This document shows positions 40,013-48,403 of a DNA stretch of 64,000 nt, in pieces. The notes under the pieces were generated by a model. It made no database searches. It was not told the DNA's origin and saw only the letters and a list, made by a program, of their open reading frames with translations. The DNA is from an uncultured Candidatus Rokubacteria bacterium (lineage in GTDB: Bacteria; Methylomirabilota; Methylomirabilia; Rokubacteriales; CSP1-6), in the NCBI GenBank assembly GCA_963789955.1, contig CAWBMV010000037.1, positions 1-64,000 of the forward strand. The letters are read 5' to 3'. The translations under genes and the position numbers were made by a program. Each line of letters begins with the position of its first letter. Within the stretch, counting starts at the first letter, position 1.

Positions 40013-40336
40013 TCACGACGAGCCAGCGGCTTCTCCTGCCTCCCACGCCGCCCGCTGCGTCGCGCGCCACGGCGTGCGCTCCCACCCGGTGCCCGTCGCG
40101 CTGGTCGGAGAGTGCTCCATCCCCGTCGTATAGAAGGTCGCCCGCCAGCCTCGTTCGTCATACTGAGTCAATTGCAGGTCGAAGCCTTGGCGGTGGATCC
40201 CCACCGCGACATGCCCAATCCCGGACCACGAGTCGAGCCACTTGCGGAGAGCATGGAGGGCACGGTCGTATGAGGGCAGCGCGCACCCGGCGAATCCGAG
40301 CGCCGCTCTCAAGAGTTGGCCGTGTTGGTCGAGCAC
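40013..40336 (-). CDS. Scaffold family W, intact copy (hypothetical protein)
   Basis: 107 aa ORF starting 3 bp after the SBP stop; multiple paralogous fragments in the window. Confidence 0.8.
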   Translation of the reverse strand: MLDQHGQLLRAALGFAGCALPSYDRALHALRKWLDSWSGIGHVAVGIHRQGFDLQLTQYDERGWRATFYTTGMEHSPTSATGTGWERTPWRATQRAAWEAGEAAGSS

Positions 40337-40339
40337 GGG

Positions 40340-41323
40340 CTATTCGATGACTTGGTCCGCCCGCAAGAGCAGCATCTGCGGGATCGTGAGCCCGAGCGCC
40401 TTCGCCGTCTTGAGGTTAATGACGAGCTCGAACGTCGTGGGCTGCTCGACGGGCAGGTCGGCGGGCTTAGCGCCCTTAAGAATGCGGTCAACGTAGTCGG
40501 CGGTACGCCGGCCCAGGAAGCCCGGCAGCGGGCCGTAAGACATGAGGAGGCCGGCCTCGGCATGGGCCCGGCTGATACCCAGCGTGGGTAACCGATTCTT
40601 GAGAGCCAGCGCCGCCACCTGCCCGCGGAGATGACTGAGCGCTGGCGTCGAACGCACAAAAATCGCCCTGGCCCGCTCCCGTGAGAGTGTGACGAAGGCA
40701 GGTTCGAGATCCTCGGGCCTTCGGACTTCGACTGGGACGAGTTCGATGCCGAGCCGTTGCGTTGCCTTGTTCACTTCTTGCCATTCGTGCATCACGTCCG
40801 GGATTGAAAAGTCGACGAGCCAACCAATCCGGGAATGCTTCGGCACAGTCTCGCTGAGAAGTTGCAGCCTCTTGACCCCGATGTCGATGCCCTGGTCCGT
40901 CACGCCGGTCACATTGCCCCCAGGACGCGCGAGGCTGGCCACGTAGCCACCCGCCACCGGGGAGGTGATGCCTTGGAAAACGATGGGGATCGTGGTCGTC
41001 GCTTCCATGGCCGCCTTGGTCGCAAAACTACCCCCGGTCACGATGACGTTGACCTTAAGACGGACGAGGTCAGCCGCGAGAGCAGGGACGCGATCTGGCC
41101 GGCCTTCGGCGTACCGGAACTCGTACTGGATTGTCCTCTCGGTGTAGCCCAACTCAGCAAGGCGGGTGCGGAAAGGGCCGGGCGACGCCCCCGGTGCCGG
41201 TGGCGAGCTGGCGAGGATCCCAATCCGGTAGACATTCCCCGCTTGCTGTCCCACGGCAGCGAGCGGCGCAAGAACGAGACTGACAGCAAGAACGACCGCG
41301 AGCCCGATCTGCCGCATGGGCAC
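40340..41323 (-). CDS. Orphan ABC transporter substrate-binding protein (ABC_sub_bind family)
   Basis: YRIGIL, TTTIPIVF, SLARPGGNVTG, KRLQLL, GLLMSYG, ILKGAKPADLPVEQPT; no permease or ATPase nearby. Confidence 0.93.
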   Translation of the reverse strand: MPMRQIGLAVVLAVSLVLAPLAAVGQQAGNVYRIGILASSPPAPGASPGPFRTRLAELGYTERTIQYEFRYAEGRPDRVPALAADLVRLKVNVIVTGGSFATKAAMEATTTIPIVFQGITSPVAGGYVASLARPGGNVTGVTDQGIDIGVKRLQLLSETVPKHSRIGWLVDFSIPDVMHEWQEVNKATQRLGIELVPVEVRRPEDLEPAFVTLSRERARAIFVRSTPALSHLRGQVAALALKNRLPTLGISRAHAEAGLLMSYGPLPGFLGRRTADYVDRILKGAKPADLPVEQPTTFELVINLKTAKALGLTIPQMLLLRADQVIE

Positions 41324-41361
41324 CTCGGTGGGATTGCTGGCGGGAGTTTAGCAGACCTGAA

Positions 41362-41463
41362 CTATGGGCGGTGTGCAGGCTCCATCGTCCGACTGATGAC
41401 CGCTCCACACGTGCAGGTCATCCAGATCCATTCGTCCTCTGCCCCGCCGTCCAGCTCCCACAT
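41362..41463 (-). pseudogene. Short CxC ORF or fragment upstream of the SBP
   Basis: MWELDGGAEDEWIWMTCTCGAVISRT. Confidence 0.5.
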
Positions 41464-41605
41464 GCGCGATGCTTCTCCAGGAACGCAGTCAGGACGCGCA
41501 TGACACGGTTGAATGCCACTGCGGCATCTCTGTACAGAATCTCTGCGGGAGTATTGAGGATGCGCCTGGCCCTCCCGTTGCACCGTCGAGCAATAGGAGG
41601 TTCCC

Positions 41606-42043
41606 ATGGCGAAACGAAGCCTGCTTGTAGTCATGCTCGCGACCATCACGAGTCTGCCGATGACGGAGGCTGTCGCTGGTGATGTGAACGTTGGGGTCCA
41701 TATCGGCATCCCAGTACCGCCGCCACCGAGAATCGTATTGCCAGCCCCGCCACCCGTCGTCATCGTGCCTAACACGACGGTCTCGTACGCGCCCGGCGTG
41801 GACTTCAACCTCTTCGTCTATGGCGGCCGTTACTACACCGTCCACGACGGCGCGTGGTTTTACGCCCCCCGCCACAGCGGTCCCTGGGTCTTCATTCCAA
41901 CGGAGCGAGTGCCCCGGCCGGTCGTCGGCGTGCCCATGAAGTACTACAAGGTTCCACCCGGCCAGGCGATGAAGGCGGCTGCGCCACCGGCTGCGTCTGG
42001 AGGGTTCTGTCCTCCAGGGCAAGCAAAGAAAGGGCGGTGCTAG
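41606..42043 (+). CDS. Secreted proline-rich protein ending PPGQAKK
   Basis: AGGAGG RBS, signal peptide, VNVGVHIG..PPP, YAP..LFVYGGRYY..GPW. Confidence 0.8.
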   Translation: MAKRSLLVVMLATITSLPMTEAVAGDVNVGVHIGIPVPPPPRIVLPAPPPVVIVPNTTVSYAPGVDFNLFVYGGRYYTVHDGAWFYAPRHSGPWVFIPTERVPRPVVGVPMKYYKVPPGQAMKAAAPPAASGGFCPPGQAKKGRC

Positions 42044-42140
42044 TTCAATGACGCGAGCCGCAACAGATCAGCATCGGCTTCTTCCGGTGTGATCCCACCG
42101 CCCAAACACCACCCCACACGAGCACGCCACCGCGAGCCCA
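42040..42140 (-). pseudogene. 3' fragment of scaffold family A
   Basis: AVACSCGVVFGRW / ITPEEADADLLRLASLN*. Confidence 0.75.
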
Positions 42141-42203
42141 GCGCGCCGCCGGCCATGTTGCCCGAGCACGGCCAGATGACGAACACGCTGACCGTCGCGC
42201 GCG

Positions 42204-42401
42204 TCACTTCTTGAGATCCTTGGCGGCGTCGTCGACGTTCTTGCCCGCCTTCTCGAGGGGGCCCTTGCCGATCGCCTTGTCCTGATCGGTGGCGCGATCG
42301 ATCTTCTCTCCCGTCTTTTGCATGGGCCCCTTCTCACACGCCGCCGAACCGATCGCCACCACGAATCCGAGCGCGGTCACTGTCAGGATCTGTCGTCTCA
42401 T
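42204..42401 (-). CDS. Small lipoprotein
   Basis: AGGAGAG RBS, SAAC lipobox, repeat KGPMQKTGEKID / KGPLEKAGKNVD. Confidence 0.8.
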   Translation of the reverse strand: MRRQILTVTALGFVVAIGSAACEKGPMQKTGEKIDRATDQDKAIGKGPLEKAGKNVDDAAKDLKK

Positions 42402-42675
42402 CGTGCTCTCCTTTCTCCGGTCACGTTCAGCGATGATGCTCGGCCCCTTCGACCTTCACCGGCCCCTCATCCGCAGGATCACGACTCCGATCGCCAAGAG
42501 GCCAGCCGCCATGATCGCGAACGGAATGAAGCCCGGAAACTCTTCCCGGAGGAATGCCTCGATATTGCTCTCCCGACGGCGACGCCTTCGTGTGGGTCTC
42601 ACAAAGTGACCAGCGAGCAGGCCAGCCAGCATCGAGACACCTGCACCAAAGATACAGAGCCAGCCGATCCTCAAC

Positions 42676-42957
42676 TCAGCGCTGCCTTTTTACTCCAACG
42701 GGATCTGTTTCATTGGGGCGATCATCGCTCCGCCAGCAGGCTCGACATCCGCCGCGCGCCCCATCCCTGGAATGACCAGGTCGAGCAGAATGAGGGTCAA
42801 CCGCTCCCCGCAGCAGGATGTCGAGCGCCTCGACAGCGGAATACGCCGATACTACGTCGTAGGCGTGCCCGTGCTGGAAGCGGGCGAAGAACTCCTGTAC
42901 CACCCCGACTACGTTTGGCTCATCATCAACGATTAGGACCCGCTTCGAGAACTCCAT
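42676..42957 (-). pseudogene. Receiver-domain response regulator, frameshifted or truncated
   Basis: GGGAG RBS; MEFSKRVLIVDDEP..AVEAL, then LILLDL..PGMGR in another frame. Confidence 0.7.
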
Positions 42958-42992
42958 TCGGCGACTCCCGTGCGTACGTGGCTTCGACAAAC

Positions 42993-43068
42993 GCCAGATT
43001 CACCGAAGTCCTCGACGCCCGGAGGCGCCAACGGGTGAGGCCGGGGTGCAGGCACGCGGAAGGTAGCA
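42993..43068 (-). promoter_or_regulatory. Extended -10 promoter plus structured leader motif, copy C
   Basis: Minus strand TGCTACCTT-N6-GCCTGCACCCCGGCCTCACCCGTTGGCGCCTCCGGGCGTCGAGGACTTCGGTGAATCTGGC. Confidence 0.75.
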
Positions 43069-43202
43069 CGAATGACCGGAACGGATAGGAGCGCCGATGG
43101 CTGGAGCCGACTCTGCGTGTCTCCTATTCGAGAACCAAAGTTCCTGGTATCGGGCAAGCTTTCCGGAAATGGGGGACGTGCGCTCGGCGAAGGCCCGGGT
43201 GA

Positions 43203-44738
43203 CTACTGGCTGCGGGGATTGAGGAGCCAGTCGATCACCGCGCGCGAATCGTCCCGCTCTGCTGACGGAGCCCGCGCCGGCGCGCTGCTGGGCGCTGACG
43301 GTGTTTGCGGCTGCTCCCGCCGCTCGGCTCTCGGCGTGACGGGCGCAATCGCCTGAGCCAGCGCAGGCGGCGCTGGCCTCGTGGGTGACGTCACCGCCGG
43401 CGAGGGAGCCGCGGCGGCCGGCGCAGGTGGCGCGACGGCTGGCGCAGGTGGCGTGACGCGGGCCGCGGATGTCGGACGGCTCTCAGAAGTCGTCATCAAC
43501 GGCGGACGGGCGCTCCCCAGTGCTCGCTCGACCGGGGGCGCCGACAGCGCGGGCGTGCCAGGCTTTGGCACCGGTACCTCGCTCGTCTCCCAAGCCCTGA
43601 CGCTCGGCGGCAGATCGTTCGCAGGCCCGCGTCCCATGTCATGCGGCGTGGCGACCGCCGGCGCGAGCGGCCTTCGTGTCGCCGCCGGCGGCGGAGCCGA
43701 AGGCGGATTCGCCGGAAGAGGCTCGACCGTCGGGAGTGCGGTCGGTTGCGCCGGCAACGAACCGGCGGATGGTCCAAGCGCCAGCACGCCCCATATCACG
43801 GCTACGACGGCCAACGTCGCGAGCACCGCGCCCCCCCCGATAAGGACGGCCCGCGTTTTACGCGGGGCTGGGCCGTGTGCGCCGGTCCTCAGCAGCTTGA
43901 AAATGTCTCCCATCAACGGCCGCGCTTCGGGTTGTTTGTAAAGCGCGAGCGTGACGGCGCGCGACACCGAGGCGGGCACGCCGTCGCGCCGGCCGTGAAT
44001 CGGGACCGGCGCGTCCTTCAAATGCTTCGCGAAGATCGCGGCGCGTGTCGAGCCCTGGAATGGGGGAACCCCGCTCAGCAGCTCATACAGGATGACGCCA
44101 AACCCATAGATGTCGGTCTTCTCGGTGAGGGGGGCCTTCTGGATCTGTTCCGGCGACAGGTACTCCGCCGGCGGATCGGCGTCGATGAGCCCCTCGAGCT
44201 CGCGCGCGTCGCGCAGGCCCGCCAGCTCGATATCCAGCAACTTGACGCGACCGTCCTCGAGCATCACGACATTGCGAGGGCTGACGGCGCCGTGGACGAA
44301 TCCCGTGTTGTGCAGGGTCTCCACGGCTCCGCCGAGCTCGAGCGCTATTCGCAACGCGGCATGGACATCGAGCGGCGCACGGTTGGACATCGTTTGGCTG
44401 AGCCGACGTCCCTCGACGAACTCGGTCACCGTGAACGGCTGGCCGGTGTCGAGCTCGCCGAACTCCAGCACCCGGGCCATCGCGGCATGCGACGCCGAAG
44501 CCGCAATGCGAAGGCCTTGCGCCGTCTGCGGGGTGCGCGCGAAGTTACGCGGCAGGAAGCGGATCGCAACACGATGGCCGGTCGCCTCGTCCTCGCCGAG
44601 GCAGACGGTCCCGAAGGCACCGGCACCGATCTCGCTGACGACGCGGTACCGGCCACGTACGCGCAAGCCGCTCGCGAACCACTCCCCGCGCTGGGCGGGC
44701 GGGATCGCCGCAGGACCCGTTTGGGCTTCTTTACTCAT
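43203..44738 (-). CDS. Membrane Hanks-type Ser/Thr kinase-like protein, probably a pseudokinase, with a Pro/Ala-rich external tail
   Basis: IGAGAFGTV, YLSPEQ and DIYGFG intact; VAIK is VAIR, HRD is HGA, DFG is DIE. Confidence 0.88.
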   Translation of the reverse strand: MSKEAQTGPAAIPPAQRGEWFASGLRVRGRYRVVSEIGAGAFGTVCLGEDEATGHRVAIRFLPRNFARTPQTAQGLRIAASASHAAMARVLEFGELDTGQPFTVTEFVEGRRLSQTMSNRAPLDVHAALRIALELGGAVETLHNTGFVHGAVSPRNVVMLEDGRVKLLDIELAGLRDARELEGLIDADPPAEYLSPEQIQKAPLTEKTDIYGFGVILYELLSGVPPFQGSTRAAIFAKHLKDAPVPIHGRRDGVPASVSRAVTLALYKQPEARPLMGDIFKLLRTGAHGPAPRKTRAVLIGGGAVLATLAVVAVIWGVLALGPSAGSLPAQPTALPTVEPLPANPPSAPPPAATRRPLAPAVATPHDMGRGPANDLPPSVRAWETSEVPVPKPGTPALSAPPVERALGSARPPLMTTSESRPTSAARVTPPAPAVAPPAPAAAAPSPAVTSPTRPAPPALAQAIAPVTPRAERREQPQTPSAPSSAPARAPSAERDDSRAVIDWLLNPRSQ

Positions 44739-45497
44739 GGGAACCAACCCCCGCGACAACGTAGACGCTATCCATAGTCACAGTTGGAGTTAGGCGTCAA
44801 GTTTCGCTGGAGTCTCCGGGAGCGTGGTCGAACGAGTGCGATACTCGGCCCTTCATGACCCCCCCGCGGCACAAAGGGGTGGCGCCGCGCCCACCCCGAG
44901 ACCCGGAAGCCGAAACGCGTAACCTTTACTGAGTAATTCCTCTACTGAGTAATTCCTCGCGGGCCCGGAGCCTTTCGGTGGCCGTATCTCTACGAAAAGT
45001 CGTCGTGCTGGACCGGCACGCCATTTGAAGTAGCTGCGTCTCATGATCCATGCGGTGACCTTCTTCATCGTGCCAACGGTTGGCGCGATCGCATTTGGGT
45101 GGTTTTGGCGACACCAGCGGGCACGAGTCCGGTCGCGGGTACGGCGAAAGGATGCGCGAAACGTCGCGCGACCTCCCCTAGAACGTGCGCGCGACGAAAA
45201 CTGGCGGGCCTTTTAGCAAGCCTAGGGCGGCAAAACGGCCGAAGCGCGCTCCCAGCGTGAAGTACGCTCTTCCGGTTCGAATTGACGCTACCGCGATTCG
45301 CGAGCACACTCAGGCCACGCCGAGGCGCCGTGCGTCACCGTGTCTCGGTTTATCGCTGTTCGATGACGACGCACTCGCGGCAGGCATCGCGCTCGGCGAC
45401 CGTTAGGAGGGCGAGGGCTGGGTACTACCGAAAGCCGCGCGGCGCCTCCATCGCCTCATCAGCTGAGCGAATGAGTAGAACAACGGGAGGACTGTCG

Positions 45498-45719
45498 ATG
45501 GCCACGAAAGTGAGCATTCGTCCCAATGGTCCTTATCTGGTAGAAGGCGACGTCGAACTCATAGACGTCAACGGCAACAAGGTCGACACGACCGGCCGAG
45601 GGCCGCGCGTCGCGCTGTGTCGCTGCGGGGGGTCAGTAACTAAACCGTTCTGTGACGGTACTCACAGCAAAATCGGCTTCCAGGCTGCAGAGGCAGCTGT
45701 CTCGCAGGAGAAGAAGTAG
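45498..45719 (+). CDS. CDGSH iron-sulfur domain protein
   Basis: NGPYLV, LCRCGGS..KPFCDGTH; GGGAGG RBS. Confidence 0.93.
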   Translation: MATKVSIRPNGPYLVEGDVELIDVNGNKVDTTGRGPRVALCRCGGSVTKPFCDGTHSKIGFQAAEAAVSQEKK

Positions 45720-45855
45720 AGCACTCGAAATTTCAGTCAGCCAGCAGCATGACGCGGTCTCCGCTCTGTCGGGTGTCAAGATATTCCGGCCGAGTCAAAT
45801 ACTCATCCGCCACTAAGTTTCGATAGCCGCTAACGGCCGAGCTACGCAGCCGCTT

Positions 45856-46161
45856 TCAGCCTGGCAGCTTTTTCTGAAACGTTCGTTCGACGATTTGTCT
45901 CAGACCAGACGTGAATTGACTGCCGAGCAGCCGCCCCAACATCGGGATATCCCCTGTCGCATGGAGTACTTGGGCATCGACCGACATCTCAAGCCAAAAC
46001 CCAACTCCATCCAGCTTCACGCGACTGCGATCGGCTGCCCATTCGGCGCGCCGAACCATCGAGCCGAACCGACTGCTGACCTCAGTGACAGCGAGCTCAA
46101 GGCGCCGGCGGGCCTCTTCTAAACTCTGACCGTGCTGGAGCGTAAGGTCGATTAGCGGCAT
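45856..46161 (-). CDS. Polyhydroxyalkanoic-acid-system (PHA_gran_rgn)-like protein
   Basis: MPLIDLTLQHGQSLEEARRRLE..W pattern. Confidence 0.65.
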   Translation of the reverse strand: MPLIDLTLQHGQSLEEARRRLELAVTEVSSRFGSMVRRAEWAADRSRVKLDGVGFWLEMSVDAQVLHATGDIPMLGRLLGSQFTSGLRQIVERTFQKKLPG

Positions 46162-46684
46162 GTTGTTCGGGCTCAACGATACCCTTCAACGTCTACCTTT
46201 ACATGACGCCATGTTCTGAGTGGACAGACGTCTTGCCCAGCCGTTCACCAACGGCCAGCCGAAGTCTAGTCTCGCCCCACGGTCCCGACCTTCACCGGCC
46301 CAGACTTCGGAGGGCGGCATGCAGTGTCCCCGAAGCAGCCTGAGACCGTCAAGGAGGGCTACCGTCCCTCTCGGTAAGGCGGCGCGCCATCAGGCCGAGG
46401 CCGATGAGGGCATGAACCCGAATCCCGTCGCCCCACCGAAAGGCGCTCCAACGGCCAGCGCGCATCAGCGCCTGAGACGGCAGGCCGAAGGGCAGCAGTG
46501 AGACGACGCCGGCGGGACCCGCTCACTGAGAACAGCGAGAAGAACAGTGGATCGGTAGCCCCGGGCCCAGCAAAACAGGTCGGAGCAGGTCGGAGAGAGG
46601 ATTCCTATCTTCGGCGCGGACACCGTTGAGATCAACACGGGAACAACGTGGGCGGAGTGACTGGCACTTGCAATCCGGAGGGGC

Positions 46685-46975
46685 GTGATGGCTGAGACGG
46701 CGTCGGCGTTCAGCAGAGAGGATGAGGGACTGCACAACGGTGGGAACGGTGCGACCGCTCCGGGCCGACGCCTGCTGAGACGACCAACGACGGCTGAGAC
46801 AGAACGGATCGCGCGCGGCTGCCCCCCCGAAGGTCTCTCGATCCCGGTGATCGTCGACGCGATTCGACAAGAAACCGGCTGCTCGAGGGCGACCGCGTAC
46901 CGAGCCATCGCGGACGCTTTAGCCGACGGCACCCTTGTCCAGAGAACGAAGGCGCGTGAGACACCTGCTGGCTGA
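46685..46975 (+). CDS. Helix-turn-helix-containing ORF or fragment
   Basis: IVDAIRQETGCSRATAYRAI. Confidence 0.5.
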   Translation: MMAETASAFSREDEGLHNGGNGATAPGRRLLRRPTTAETERIARGCPPEGLSIPVIVDAIRQETGCSRATAYRAIADALADGTLVQRTKARETPAG

Positions 46976-47003
46976 GAACAACCAGGAACAGCGAAATGCG
47001 GTG

Positions 47004-47850
47004 TTGAACAAGCCCCAAGTCCTGATCAGTCCGCGCTGCGCCTGCGGATCCGGGAGCCCGCCCACGCGAGGCCACGATGTCGTCGGTATCATTCGTCCGA
47101 CACCCACGCGAACCGTCAGACCTCAAAGCTTCGCGCGCCGCTCCAACATCTGTCGAAGCCCGCGAGGTCGACGCGAGGAGAACCCCGTGAAGCACACCCG
47201 CGAACGGCGCTCCGCTGGTCGAGACGCTATCTTTTGCCTTGACCCGCTCTCTCGACTCTACTACGCCGCAGACCGTCTCGCTCGCTGGCGCCGAGCGTCT
47301 GCCCGCAGGACGTGACGCAGCCCCAGACATCGCCGGTCGCACGTGATGGCGGTCGGCGGCATGAACGCGCTGCACGCGGTCACGTCGAGCGGGCGGCCCT
47401 CCGGCGCCGTCTCAAGGAGGCTCAGCTGCACCTCAGTGCCGCGGATCGGACACCAGATTTTGCGATGCACCTTCCGCACGCTGAGGGCGCCGAGAAACAG
47501 CAGCACTGCGATGGCGGCGATCCAAAGGCTCATGATCGTGATCATGACTTTCCGCCTCCACAGCGGGGCGCTGCATGGATGGTGCCGAGACCCGGCGGCC
47601 GCCCTTTGGGCGGCAGGACGCGCTGTCGATACACGGGCTTTGGGGCCAAGCGTCCGTTGCTCGGCGCGGCGTCCATGAGGCTGACGGCTGGGGCATTGTC
47701 GTCGCGGGTGAGACAGCGGTGCCCCGGCGGACCTCGGACGGGCGTGTCCTCTGCCGCGTGGCGTGGCGTCACCCAGCGCCCGAACACCACGCCACACGGG
47801 CATGTCGCGGTGAGCAGGTAACGATTTCACGCCGGCTCCGTGGCGTCGGC
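47004..47850. repeat. Second copy of the 847 bp repeat, containing the Cys4 membrane ORF at 47261-47545 (-) and part of scaffold family A
   Basis: Alignment by eye with 33816-34662. Confidence 0.95.
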
Positions 47851-48078
47851 AGCTACGTCGGTACCATCGTAAACGGGGTACCGATTGGCGGTTATCGTCG
47901 CGTCGCCACCGTGCCACTTGCCGTTGGAGAGAACGAGGTCGTGGCTGGCGGCCCGAGGTCGCCCTTCCGGTTTCGCGTGGTCGTGTCGGTGCGGGAGTTA
48001 AGCTCCACCGGAGCACGGAAGACATCCAGACGACTCGGTCGTTACGCGGGGCACGTATAGGGCCCACGACCGCTCATC

Positions 48079-48235
48079 TCAGCTCAGCGACGCCATCCGG
48101 AGCAGATCCAGCTCGGCATCCTCAGGCGTGACCCACCCCCCAACACCACCCCACGGACACGCCACGGTGAGCAAGTAACCATTCCACGCGGGCTGGGTGG
48201 CGTCGGCGGTCAGAGGCCGTGAGGGCGATGGTCAA
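48079..48235 (-). pseudogene. Scaffold family A, frameshifted
   Basis: DHRPHG / LTADATQPAWNGYLLTVACP / WVTPEDAELDLLRMASLS*. Confidence 0.8.
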
Positions 48236-48403
48236 CGCATGATACTCCTCGCGCTCAGCGAGCAGGATCACGACGGGAAGGTGTGCTCTCGAAGAAGCGG
48301 AAGAAGTATTGGTTGGGGCTGACCGGGAAGACGAAGCGTTACGACTACCCCTGAGGATTCGTCGAACTCAGTCGGTTCGCCGTCTCTTTGCTGTGCGGCA
48401 CTG

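Noticed and set aside
38629..40161. 510 aa N-terminally extended serine hydrolase
   Set aside because: The extension is an off-frame reading of family W plus a gene stub; the signal peptide starts near 39915.
33816..47850. Long repeats as pure assembly duplication
   Set aside because: The copies differ by multiple substitutions and have different flanks, although read support is still needed.
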